In this document: in pieces, positions 48,197-56,596 of the stretch
How positions within the stretch are numbered: position 1 is the first letter of the stretch
Layout: every line of letters begins with the position of its first letter
NCBI GenBank assembly: GCA_016845585.1
Contig: JAERSO010000102.1
Coordinates: 23,086 to 87,085 of the forward strand
Length of the DNA: 64,000 bases
Origin: Acidimicrobiaceae bacterium
Lineage (GTDB): Bacteria; Actinomycetota; Acidimicrobiia; Acidimicrobiales; Aldehydirespiratoraceae
Direction: 5' to 3'
Made by a program: the position numbers and the translations under genes
The notes under the pieces: generated by a model
Told to the model about the DNA's origin: nothing
Database searches by the model: none
What the model saw: only the letters and a program-made list of their open reading frames with translations

Positions 48197-48419
48197 GGCT
48201 CCCTACTCCCCTGCTGCCTGCGCAGCGTCGTCGGTCATGGACATGACGGGCACCCTAGATCACGGCGATGAACCGGACTTGGTGGCATCGTCATGTCAAG
48301 TCGCCAGGCTCACCCAGATGGTCATCAGGCACCTGAGTTGGACCGCCACCAAACAAGATCGCCAAGAGACCATTGTCTCGGATCGTGCAGGTTCGGTTCA
48401 GCCAGATTCTCACACGTAT

Positions 48420-48431
48420 TGGTGTACACCA
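48420..48431. promoter_or_regulatory. GntR/HutC (PhnF/DasR-type) operator
   Basis: Perfect palindrome TGGTGTACACCA about 50 nt upstream of tmpA; weaker copy TCGTCTCTACCA at 48439-48450; a HutC-type regulator is encoded in the operon. Confidence 0.7.
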
Positions 48432-48479
48432 TTGAAGTTCGTCTCTACCATCACTCCCACCGAGTGGGCAGGAGCATGC

Positions 48480-49577
48480 ATGGCCATCAGCACCGTCGAC
48501 CATGACCAGCAGTGGCTGGATGTCCGGTTCAGCGACGGCACCGTGTCGCGCTTCCTCGGCTCGTGGTTGCGCGACAACATCGGCGCCGGGCGTCACATCA
48601 GCGGCGGGCAGCGAACCTTCGACATCAACTCCCTCCCCGCGATGACGATCGCCGATGCTCGCCACGACCACCGGGCAGTGACCGTGTCGTTCGCCCCGGA
48701 GGGTCTGGATGAGACGTTCGACGAGGACTGGCTCCGGTCCTTCGGTCGAGAGAGCCCCGACGTCGTCCCCGCGCCGACCCTGTGGGGTGCCGAGCTCCAG
48801 GGCTCACTGCACTTCGAGGACTTCCCGTCGCTGGTCGATGATTCGAAGCGGCTCGCCGCCTGGCTGACCCATGTCCGCGACCATGGCTTCGGGTTGTTGG
48901 AGAACGTACCGACCGAACCCGAATCCATCTTCACGGTCGTGGACCTCTTCGGCTACGTGCGCGAGACGAACTACGGCCGATTGTTCGACGTCCGCGTCGA
49001 GCCGGATCCCGCGAACCTCGCGTTCACGAGTCTGCGGATCGGGATGCACACCGACAATCCCTACCGCGATCCCGTGCCCGGTCTCCAACTGTTGCACTGT
49101 CTGATCAATGACTCCGATGGTGGCGAGAACCAGCTCTGCGATGGCTTCGCCGTCGCCGACCGAATCCGCCGGGATCACCCCGATGCCTTCGAACTGCTCA
49201 CGACCCAGCGGGTCCGATTCCGGTTCCTGGAGGAGGGTTCCACCGATCTACAGTCGTACGTGCCGCTCATCGATCTCGACGCAGCCGGGAACGCGCGCGG
49301 GCTTCGCTACAACAGTCGATCGATCCAGGCGTTCGACATGCCTGCGGATGTCATCGCCGGCTACTACGACGCCTACCGGATTCTCGGGGAGGCCCTGCAC
49401 GACCCCGAAGGACTGATCGAGTTCCGGCTGGAGCCGGGTCAGCTGATGGTGTTCGACAATCAGCGGGTGCTCCATGGCCGCTCGGCGTACAACGAAGGAC
49501 GGCGCCACCTCCAGGGGTGCTACGCCGACAAGGACTCCCTCCACTCACGGATCCGTACCCTGGAGGCGCAGGGATGA
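48480..49577 (+). CDS. tmpA: Gamma-butyrobetaine hydroxylase-like Fe/2OG dioxygenase; probable TMAEP (2-trimethylaminoethylphosphonate) dioxygenase
   Basis: WLRDN..SGGQR N-domain, RETNYG, NLAFT, HTDNPYRDPVPGLQLLHC, FDNQRVLHGR, RHLQGCYAD; ATGA-coupled to an HD oxygenase. Confidence 0.78.
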   Translation: MAISTVDHDQQWLDVRFSDGTVSRFLGSWLRDNIGAGRHISGGQRTFDINSLPAMTIADARHDHRAVTVSFAPEGLDETFDEDWLRSFGRESPDVVPAPTLWGAELQGSLHFEDFPSLVDDSKRLAAWLTHVRDHGFGLLENVPTEPESIFTVVDLFGYVRETNYGRLFDVRVEPDPANLAFTSLRIGMHTDNPYRDPVPGLQLLHCLINDSDGGENQLCDGFAVADRIRRDHPDAFELLTTQRVRFRFLEEGSTDLQSYVPLIDLDAAGNARGLRYNSRSIQAFDMPADVIAGYYDAYRILGEALHDPEGLIEFRLEPGQLMVFDNQRVLHGRSAYNEGRRHLQGCYADKDSLHSRIRTLEAQG

Positions 49578-50116
49578 ACGCCGTCGACGAACTGGCCGAA
49601 CTCATGGCCGCCCGCGGCGGACGCAACTACGGCGAAAACATCTCCATCGCCGAACACTCACTGCTGACCGCGGCGTCGGCGGAGTCGCACGGCGCGCCCG
49701 ACGCCCTCGTCGCCGCCTGTCTGTTGCACGACGTCGGACATTGGCTCGACGAGCCCGACGATGAGTACGGCATTCACTCCCACGGTGACACGGGAGCCGA
49801 CTGGGTGGCCAAGCGATGGCCCGCGGCCGTCGCCGAGCCGGTGCGTCTGCATGTGGCCGCCAAGCGATATCTGTGTGCCACCGACCCGGACTACCACGAC
49901 CGCCTCTCCCCAGCCTCGCAGTACACCCTCACCAAGCAGGGCGGACCGATGTCGGCCGAGGAAGTCGCTGCCTTCGAGGCCCGACCGCACTCCGACGACG
50001 CCGTGCAGCTGCGCCAATGGGAAGACGATTTCGGGAAGCTCTCGGGTCGCACGATCCCGCCGCTTTCACACTTCCGACCACTCCTCGAGCGGCTCGCGAC
50101 GGGGTCGCCCACATGA
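49574..50116 (+). CDS. tmpB: HD-domain diiron phosphonate oxygenase (TmpB/PhnZ family)
   Basis: YGENISIAEHSL, LLHDVGH, HGDTGA, VRLHVAAKRYLC, LSPAS..TL..QGG. Confidence 0.8.
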   Translation: MNAVDELAELMAARGGRNYGENISIAEHSLLTAASAESHGAPDALVAACLLHDVGHWLDEPDDEYGIHSHGDTGADWVAKRWPAAVAEPVRLHVAAKRYLCATDPDYHDRLSPASQYTLTKQGGPMSAEEVAAFEARPHSDDAVQLRQWEDDFGKLSGRTIPPLSHFRPLLERLATGSPT

Positions 50117-50877
50117 CGGCCCGCGACTTCCCCGTCTACATGCAGATCGTGGACACCCTGCTCGATCGGATCGAGAGCGCCGAACTCACTCCGGGCGACC
50201 GACTCCCCTCGGAACGGGCGCTCGCCGCGGAGTTCACGGTCAATCGACGCACGATTCGCCAGGCCCTCGAAGTCCTCGAACGGCGCGGCCTCGTGGAACG
50301 GCGCCGGGGGGCGGGCACGTTCGTCTCCGAGCCCCGGCTCGAACGCGGTGCAGCGGAGTTCTTCCACTTCACCGAGCGGATCCGCGAGCGGGGCTTCGCT
50401 CCCGGCGCACAAGTCCTCAGCCTCGAAGAGGTCGCACCCTCGCCAACCGTCGCCACCGAACTCGAACTGGCGCCTGGAGCGATGATCTATCGCTGCCATC
50501 GCCTGAGGTCGATCAACGCGCAGCCCATCCTGATCGAGACGTTCGCGCTACCCGCCGACCTGGTGCCCGGGTTCGAACGGTGCGATGTCGGCCAGAGGTC
50601 CGTGTACGACGTGATGCGCACCGAGTACGGCATCGAGGTCGAGTACGCCCGTCAGAGCCTCGAAGCCGTCGCTCTCAGCGAAATCGAGGCCCAGTGGCTC
50701 GGTGCCACCCCGGGCGCACCCGCCATGCTCGAACGCCGCCTGGCCTACGACAAGAAGGGTCGACCGGTCGATCACGGCACCGACCTCTACCGCGGCGACC
50801 GCATCCGCTTCGTCACCGACGCGGCCGCCGTCGCCGTGCCGCTGGACGGCACCCTCGACAGTCTCCATGCCCCGTAG
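50113..50877 (+). CDS. GntR-family regulator, HutC/PhnF subfamily (UTRA domain)
   Basis: PGDRLPSERALAAEFTVNRRTIRQAL...GAGTFV; UTRA ending LYRGDRIRF; ATGA overlap with tmpB. Confidence 0.92.
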   Translation: MTARDFPVYMQIVDTLLDRIESAELTPGDRLPSERALAAEFTVNRRTIRQALEVLERRGLVERRRGAGTFVSEPRLERGAAEFFHFTERIRERGFAPGAQVLSLEEVAPSPTVATELELAPGAMIYRCHRLRSINAQPILIETFALPADLVPGFERCDVGQRSVYDVMRTEYGIEVEYARQSLEAVALSEIEAQWLGATPGAPAMLERRLAYDKKGRPVDHGTDLYRGDRIRFVTDAAAVAVPLDGTLDSLHAP

Positions 50878-52183
50878 ATCGTCGAGCCACAGCCCGGACT
50901 GGGGTGAGTTCGGGCGCCGGCCGGCCTTCATCCTCGCGGCCGTCGTCTTCATCGACGCCGTGGAACGAGGAATCCTCCCCGGCGTCCTGTCCGATGCGCA
51001 GGATGACCTCGGATTCAACGATTTCCAGGCCGGGTTACTCGGAAGCGCCGTCATCGCCGCCAGTGCGGTGATCGTGATCCCCGCGGGGCGCATGGCCGAC
51101 CGATTCAACCGCCCCCGCATGATCGCCGCGGTGTTGGCCTCCTGGGGCCTCGTCGCGGCATGCACGGCCGGAGTTCGGAGCTTCGGACAGTTCCTGGCTG
51201 CCCGTGCCGCGCTCGGCATCGCCGACACGATCGACAATCCGGCGTCCGCCTCGCTCGTCGCCGACTACTACCCGGCCACCGTTCGCGGACGAGCATTCGG
51301 AATCCTCCGTATCGCACCATTGATCGGCACCGCGGTCGGCACCGGGGTCGGTGGATTGGTTGCGTCGACCCTCGGGTGGCGGTGGGCGTTCTTGATCGTC
51401 GGCGTACCCGGGTCGTTGTTCGCGCTCGTCGTTCTGAGCCTCCCCAACCCGACCCGAGGCCGGCAGGAAGGTGTGGTCGAGGAGATCCGCGACCCATCCG
51501 TTTCAACTCTCGCCCAACTCCGATTGCTCTGGCGCATACCGTCGCTTCGCGGCCTCGCGATCGGGCTGGGCGCGATCGGAATGGTCCTCGGAATCGCGTT
51601 CTGGTCGCCGAGCTTCTTCGAGCGGCACTACGACATGTCGACGAGTGCTGCGGCAGGCTCGTCGTCGTTGGCGATTCTCGTCGGCGGTCTCGTCGGCACC
51701 TGGCTCGGGGCGCGGCGAACCGACCATCGACGCGCTGCCGATCCGGCGAGCGCGGCGAGGGACGCCGGGCTCGCCTTTGCCGCGGCCACGGCGGCGTTCA
51801 TGGTCGGTTTCGGCGTGGTTCTGCCGGCCGGCCCGGCCATCGTTCTGCTCACGATCGGGGTCGCCGCGATGGCTTCCACCCTGCCGGGCTTGTTCGCCAC
51901 CATTGCTGAAATCGTTCCTGTCTCGGATCGCGGAATGGCGTTCTCGCTGGCAGCCTTCGTCTCCACGGCCATCAGTGCGATCTCCGCACCGCTCATCGGT
52001 GTGATCGCCGATCAGTTCGAATTCACATCGACCGCAGGGGCCGCCGATGCCGCCGTCGAGGGAGATCTCAGACTCGCCCTGCTGATCGTGATGCCATCGA
52101 TCGCCGTTGGCGGCCTGCTCGTGCGCTCAGCATCTCGGCACATCCTGGCTGACCGGCGACAGGCAGGCACCGCGGGCGAGTGA
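50867..52183 (+). CDS. MFS transporter (spinster-like)
   Basis: GRMADRFNRPR, SLVADYYPATVRGRA, GWRWAFLIVGVPG. Confidence 0.88.
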   Translation: MPRRSSSHSPDWGEFGRRPAFILAAVVFIDAVERGILPGVLSDAQDDLGFNDFQAGLLGSAVIAASAVIVIPAGRMADRFNRPRMIAAVLASWGLVAACTAGVRSFGQFLAARAALGIADTIDNPASASLVADYYPATVRGRAFGILRIAPLIGTAVGTGVGGLVASTLGWRWAFLIVGVPGSLFALVVLSLPNPTRGRQEGVVEEIRDPSVSTLAQLRLLWRIPSLRGLAIGLGAIGMVLGIAFWSPSFFERHYDMSTSAAAGSSSLAILVGGLVGTWLGARRTDHRRAADPASAARDAGLAFAAATAAFMVGFGVVLPAGPAIVLLTIGVAAMASTLPGLFATIAEIVPVSDRGMAFSLAAFVSTAISAISAPLIGVIADQFEFTSTAGAADAAVEGDLRLALLIVMPSIAVGGLLVRSASRHILADRRQAGTAGE

Positions 52184-52250
52184 CCGACCGCCGATGGACG
52201 GTCCGATTGATCGGCCCCGACGCCGTTGGGCGCCCACCTAAGCTGCGACG

Positions 52251-54149
52251 ATGGTCGATCCAACACCCACGAGCCCCCGTGAAGCCACGACGCACACCCG
52301 TGCCGCCAACGAAGCGGTGGCATTCTCGTTCGATGACCCCGGTGACACCGAGCGGGCGACCCGGGGCCTGATCACGACCCACCCGACGGGCCAGATCCCG
52401 AAGCTCGACGGCGGCGTGTCGTGGGACACGTCGCGTCACGACTTCATCCGCGAGAACGAGGTCTCGCCGCCGACCGTCAATCCGAGCCTGTGGCGCCAGG
52501 CCCGTCTCAACACCGTCCACGGGTTGTTCGAGGTGGCCGACGGGATCTGGCAGGCCCGCGGCTACGACATCTCGAACATCACGTTCATCGCCGGCACCGA
52601 CGGCTGGCTGATCATCGACCCGCTCACGCACGAGGAGACCGCTCGCGCCTGTTTGGAGCTGGCCAACCAGACCCTGGGCGAACGACCGGTCACCACTGTC
52701 ATCTACACCCACAGCCACACCGATCACTACGGCGGTGTCCTCGGCGTCACCACCCGTGAGGACGTGGCGGCCGGGAAGGTCCGCATCGTCGCCCCCGAGG
52801 GGTTCATGCACGAGGTCGTGGCCGAGAACGCCGTCGCGGGGCCGATCATGCTGCGCCGTGCGATGTACCAGTTCGGAGCACTCCTCCCGGCGAACGAGCG
52901 CCAACACGTCGATTGCGGCCTCGGAACGGCCATACCCGCCGGTCTGCCGGGCCTGATCGCACCGACCGACCTCATCACCGAGACCGGTCAGGAGATGACG
53001 CTGTCGGGCCTCCGGGTCGTGTTCCAGAACACGCCGAATGCCGAAGCCCCAGCGGAGATGAACTTCTACTTCCCGGACAAGCGCGCCCTCTGCATGGCCG
53101 AGAACTGCACCCACACGATGCACAACCTGTACCCGATTCGTGGTGCCCTCGCGCGCGACTCGCTTGCCTGGAGCAAGTACATCCATGAGGCCCTCTCCCT
53201 GTGGGGAGACGACGCCGAGGTGCTCTTTTCCAGCCACCACTGGCCCCGCTTCGGCACCGACGACGTCTCGGCGTTTCTGGAGCTGCAGCGCGACGTGTAC
53301 CGCTGGCTTCACGATCAGACGATGCGGCTCGCCAACCACGGCTATGTGCCGACGGAGATCGCAGAGGCGTTGGAGTTGCCCGCATGCTTCGGCGAGTCCC
53401 ACGTGCAGGGCTACTACGGCACGGTCTCGCACAACTCCCGATCGGTCTACAACCGCTACCTCGGTTGGTACGACGGCAACCCGGCAAACCTCGATCCCCT
53501 CCCCGTCGTGGAGGCCGGGCGCCGGTATGTCGACATGATGGGTGGTGCCGACGCCGTTCTCGCGCAGGCTCGGGGCTACTTCGACGACGGCGAGTATCGG
53601 TGGGTCGTCCAGGTCGTGAATCATGTCGTGTTCGCCGACCCGACCAACCAGGAGGCGCGCGAACTCCAGGCCGATGCCCTCGAGCAGCTCGGCTATCAGG
53701 CCGAGTCGGCCACCTGGCGCAACGCGTATCTGACCGGCGCCCACGAAATGCGCCACGGAAGCCTGGAGTTTCGCAACCGGGGCGGGAGGAACCTGGTCGA
53801 GGCCATGGAAGCCGACCACATCTTCGACGTGCTCGGCGTGCGGTTCGATCCCGCCCGGTTCACGCGCGGCGCCACGACCGTCAACTGGGCGATCGAGGAT
53901 CTCGACGAGCTTCACACCCTCGGAATCCACAACGCCGCGATCCATCACACGCCTTGGCAGCACGCCCCCGATGCGGATGCGACGATCACGCTCCGTCGTT
54001 CCACGATCTTCGGCCTGTTCGAGGACGGCGGCGGCATCGACGCCGCCATCGCCGCGGGCACGCTGGTCGTCGACGGCGATCTCGAGGCCGTCCGAGAGCT
54101 GTTCGGCTCACTCGACGTGTTCTACTCCCCCAACATCGTCGAACCCTGA
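52251..54149 (+). CDS. Alkyl/aryl sulfatase (SdsA1/BDS1, metallo-beta-lactamase fold with SCP2-like C-terminus)
   Basis: TVNPSLWRQARLN, RGYDISN, YTHSHTDHYGG, EAPAEM, HNLYPIRGA, HHWP, WYDGNPANL, WRNAYLTGA. Confidence 0.92.
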   Translation: MVDPTPTSPREATTHTRAANEAVAFSFDDPGDTERATRGLITTHPTGQIPKLDGGVSWDTSRHDFIRENEVSPPTVNPSLWRQARLNTVHGLFEVADGIWQARGYDISNITFIAGTDGWLIIDPLTHEETARACLELANQTLGERPVTTVIYTHSHTDHYGGVLGVTTREDVAAGKVRIVAPEGFMHEVVAENAVAGPIMLRRAMYQFGALLPANERQHVDCGLGTAIPAGLPGLIAPTDLITETGQEMTLSGLRVVFQNTPNAEAPAEMNFYFPDKRALCMAENCTHTMHNLYPIRGALARDSLAWSKYIHEALSLWGDDAEVLFSSHHWPRFGTDDVSAFLELQRDVYRWLHDQTMRLANHGYVPTEIAEALELPACFGESHVQGYYGTVSHNSRSVYNRYLGWYDGNPANLDPLPVVEAGRRYVDMMGGADAVLAQARGYFDDGEYRWVVQVVNHVVFADPTNQEARELQADALEQLGYQAESATWRNAYLTGAHEMRHGSLEFRNRGGRNLVEAMEADHIFDVLGVRFDPARFTRGATTVNWAIEDLDELHTLGIHNAAIHHTPWQHAPDADATITLRRSTIFGLFEDGGGIDAAIAAGTLVVDGDLEAVRELFGSLDVFYSPNIVEP

Positions 54150-54770
54150 GGGTCACGGGGCGCTCGACGAAGGAGCCAGACGAGCACGGCACCTGTCGCC
54201 GCGCCATGGAACGCGCCGAGCGCCGGAGGTCCGGCCATGTCGCCGAGCGGCAGACTCAGCGCCCACGCGCCGCTGCTGGCGAGAATCCACCAGCCGGCGC
54301 GGGAAGGCGGGCTCTCAACACACGCCATTGCGCCAGGCCGACCACCGGCCCGAAGATCGAGACGCCGAGGAGCCAGCCGATCTCTCGATCGACCAGTCCG
54401 ATGCCGTATACGACCAGCGCGCCGGCTCCCGATGCCGGGAGCGTCGCCGACAGCATGCGGCCGGGACTGACTCCGTGGTGCCTCAGGACCAAGGACTGGA
54501 GAGCCGTCGTGACCAACGCTCCGACGATCAACCCCAGAGAACCGGCCCTCAGGTCGATTGGGACCGACTCGGCCGGGTCCGGGCCCACGAGACCGCAACG
54601 GCCGCCGCTATCGCGACCGCGGCTCCGTTCAGCGTGATCTCCAGCAGATCACGCTCCCGAAGTTCTCTGCCACCGTTCGCGCCGGGCCGAGCGTCGCGTA
54701 GATCGCGAGGATGGTGGCGAGCGTCCACAGCCAGAGCCATCCCTCTCGGCGGGAAGTGAAGATGCGGTCA
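54122..54770 (-). pseudogene. Fragmented membrane protein
   Basis: Hydrophobic segments (WLWLWTLATIL; GLAQWRVLR; AGWWILASSGAWALS...GAVLVWLLR) lie in different minus-strand frames. Confidence 0.45.
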
Positions 54771-54832
54771 GGTGGGGCCACAGCTCGAGGGTGCCCCATC
54801 GAGCATCACTCGACTATCCGGAGAATCCCCTA

Positions 54833-55168
54833 CTACGCGGTGGGGTCCGGGCGCCCCGAGCCCGTCCAGGCGATGTCGAAGACCTCACCGACCGTCGCCT
54901 CACCGATGGGTGTAGCCAACACCTGATTCAGGTCGGTGGCCAGCTCACCGCGGTCCCTGCGGCCCGTCCACCGACCGTAGGCGGCCCGGTCCGTCCATGT
55001 CGCGGTGACAGTCGCAACCCGTTCATCCTCGCTGAGCGTCAACTCCGCCGACAAGCAGCCGTCCTGCGCCACCGAGGTCTCGAGGACGCGGTGGCTCCGA
55101 AACAGCTCGACGAACTGACCAGCCCGGCCCTCGATCAGCTCGAAGCGCAGATACGTGCGAATCATCAC
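54833..55168 (-). CDS. ABM (antibiotic biosynthesis monooxygenase)-like dimeric alpha/beta barrel protein
   Basis: GRAGQFVELF, QDGCLSAEL, VTATWTDRAAYGRW pattern; 4-nt overlap with the amidase. Confidence 0.72.
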   Translation of the reverse strand: MMIRTYLRFELIEGRAGQFVELFRSHRVLETSVAQDGCLSAELTLSEDERVATVTATWTDRAAYGRWTGRRDRGELATDLNQVLATPIGEATVGEVFDIAWTGSGRPDPTA

Positions 55169-56592
55169 CCGAGCCGATCGTGCAAGGAGCAGAGCGGGTG
55201 ACCGAGAATCTTCTCGGCGAGCTCGCCGAAGCGCAGGACCGCGAGATCATCCATGAAGGGGCCGAGGATCTGCAGGCCAACGGGGAGGCCATCGACGGCA
55301 ATTCCTGCCGGCATCGCCAGCGCGGGGAGATACGTGGGATTCGCGAGGCTGGCCCAGAACCACTGATCGAGAATCGATCGCTCCTCCCCATTGACCGTCA
55401 AGGTCCGATCCCCGAACGACCGATCGGTGTCGTGAGGCGGGGCCGTCGTGGCAGTGATCGGCGTGAGGAGTAGATCGACATTCGCAAAGTACTCGCGCCA
55501 GGCGAGTCGGCAGCGCTCCCGTTCATTGTTGAGATCGATCCACTCCCGATACGTGATCCGAGAGGCGTTGGCCTGGAGAGCGGCGTAGTCACGGGCGCCG
55601 GCGTCGTAGCGGCCGAGATCATGCGACGACGGCGGGTCGTCGGGACCAGAAGCCGCGGCGCGCCCGATTTCGAGGCCGACCTCGTGGCCGCGGGTCATGA
55701 GGTCCAGCTCCGGCGGCTCGGCGAGCTCCATCCCGGCGTCGCTCAGGAGGTCCACTGCCGACTGGAGCACGGCGGTGACGCCGGCGTCCTGGTCACCAAG
55801 CGGGTTCTCCAACAACACACCGACGGTGAACTGCGAGAGTGACGTCTTCGACGTCACCGGGGGGCGGAGGTGGGGCTGCCACATGACCGGCAACGCGAGC
55901 GAGAGATCGGCGACAGCCCGGCCGATCGGTCCGAGGACGTTGTTGTCGACGATGCCTTCGTGGCCGGGATAGCTGTGGCCGTGTTGGGAGACCAGCCCGA
56001 AACTCGTCTTCAGCCCGGCGACCCCGTTGTAGTTGGCGGGCCAGCGAATCGACCCACCGATGTCGCTCCCGACCTCGAGCGACGCCATACCGGTGGCCAA
56101 CGAGACGGCCGAGCCACCCGACGAGCCCCCGGCGCTTCGTTCGAGATCCCACGGGTTGCTGGTGCGGCCGTGGATGTCGTTGAACGTCTGCCAGTCGCCG
56201 AGATGTCTCGGCACATTTGTCTTTCCGTAGATGACCGCGCCGGCGCCCTTCAGCTGTCTCACGACATCGGCGTCCTCGGTCGGCCGGTTCCCAACATGAC
56301 GAACGTCGCCCCAGGTCGACGGAGCTCCGGCCATGTCGATGGAGTCCTTGATCGTCATCGGGAGGCCGTGCAGAGGCCCGAGCGACTCCCCCGCGGCGTG
56401 GGCGGCGTCGGCCGCTTCCGCGGCCGCGCGAGCGCCCACGGTTTCGGTGAAGACGACGGCATTCAGGTCGGCGTTGTGCCGGTCGAACTGCGCGAGACAG
56501 GAGTCGAGCAGTTCCACCGCAGAGATCTCACCGCTCGTGAGCCGGCGACGTTGTTCGGTGGCGGACAGCAACACGACACTCGACGGATCCAA
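55165..56592 (-). CDS. Amidase (amidase-signature family)
   Basis: GPLHGLPMTIKD, GKTNVP, GGSSGGS, GSDIGGSIR (Ser-cisSer-Lys triad), GLPVGLQI; TTG start at 56592. Confidence 0.9.
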   Translation of the reverse strand: MDPSSVVLLSATEQRRRLTSGEISAVELLDSCLAQFDRHNADLNAVVFTETVGARAAAEAADAAHAAGESLGPLHGLPMTIKDSIDMAGAPSTWGDVRHVGNRPTEDADVVRQLKGAGAVIYGKTNVPRHLGDWQTFNDIHGRTSNPWDLERSAGGSSGGSAVSLATGMASLEVGSDIGGSIRWPANYNGVAGLKTSFGLVSQHGHSYPGHEGIVDNNVLGPIGRAVADLSLALPVMWQPHLRPPVTSKTSLSQFTVGVLLENPLGDQDAGVTAVLQSAVDLLSDAGMELAEPPELDLMTRGHEVGLEIGRAAASGPDDPPSSHDLGRYDAGARDYAALQANASRITYREWIDLNNERERCRLAWREYFANVDLLLTPITATTAPPHDTDRSFGDRTLTVNGEERSILDQWFWASLANPTYLPALAMPAGIAVDGLPVGLQILGPFMDDLAVLRFGELAEKILGHPLCSLHDRLG

Positions 56593-56596
56593 CTGG

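Noticed and set aside
52068-53963. 631-aa minus-strand ORF (also 33527-35224, 58456-60102, 38143-39495, 17386-18500)
   Set aside because: Shadow ORFs opposite well-supported genes
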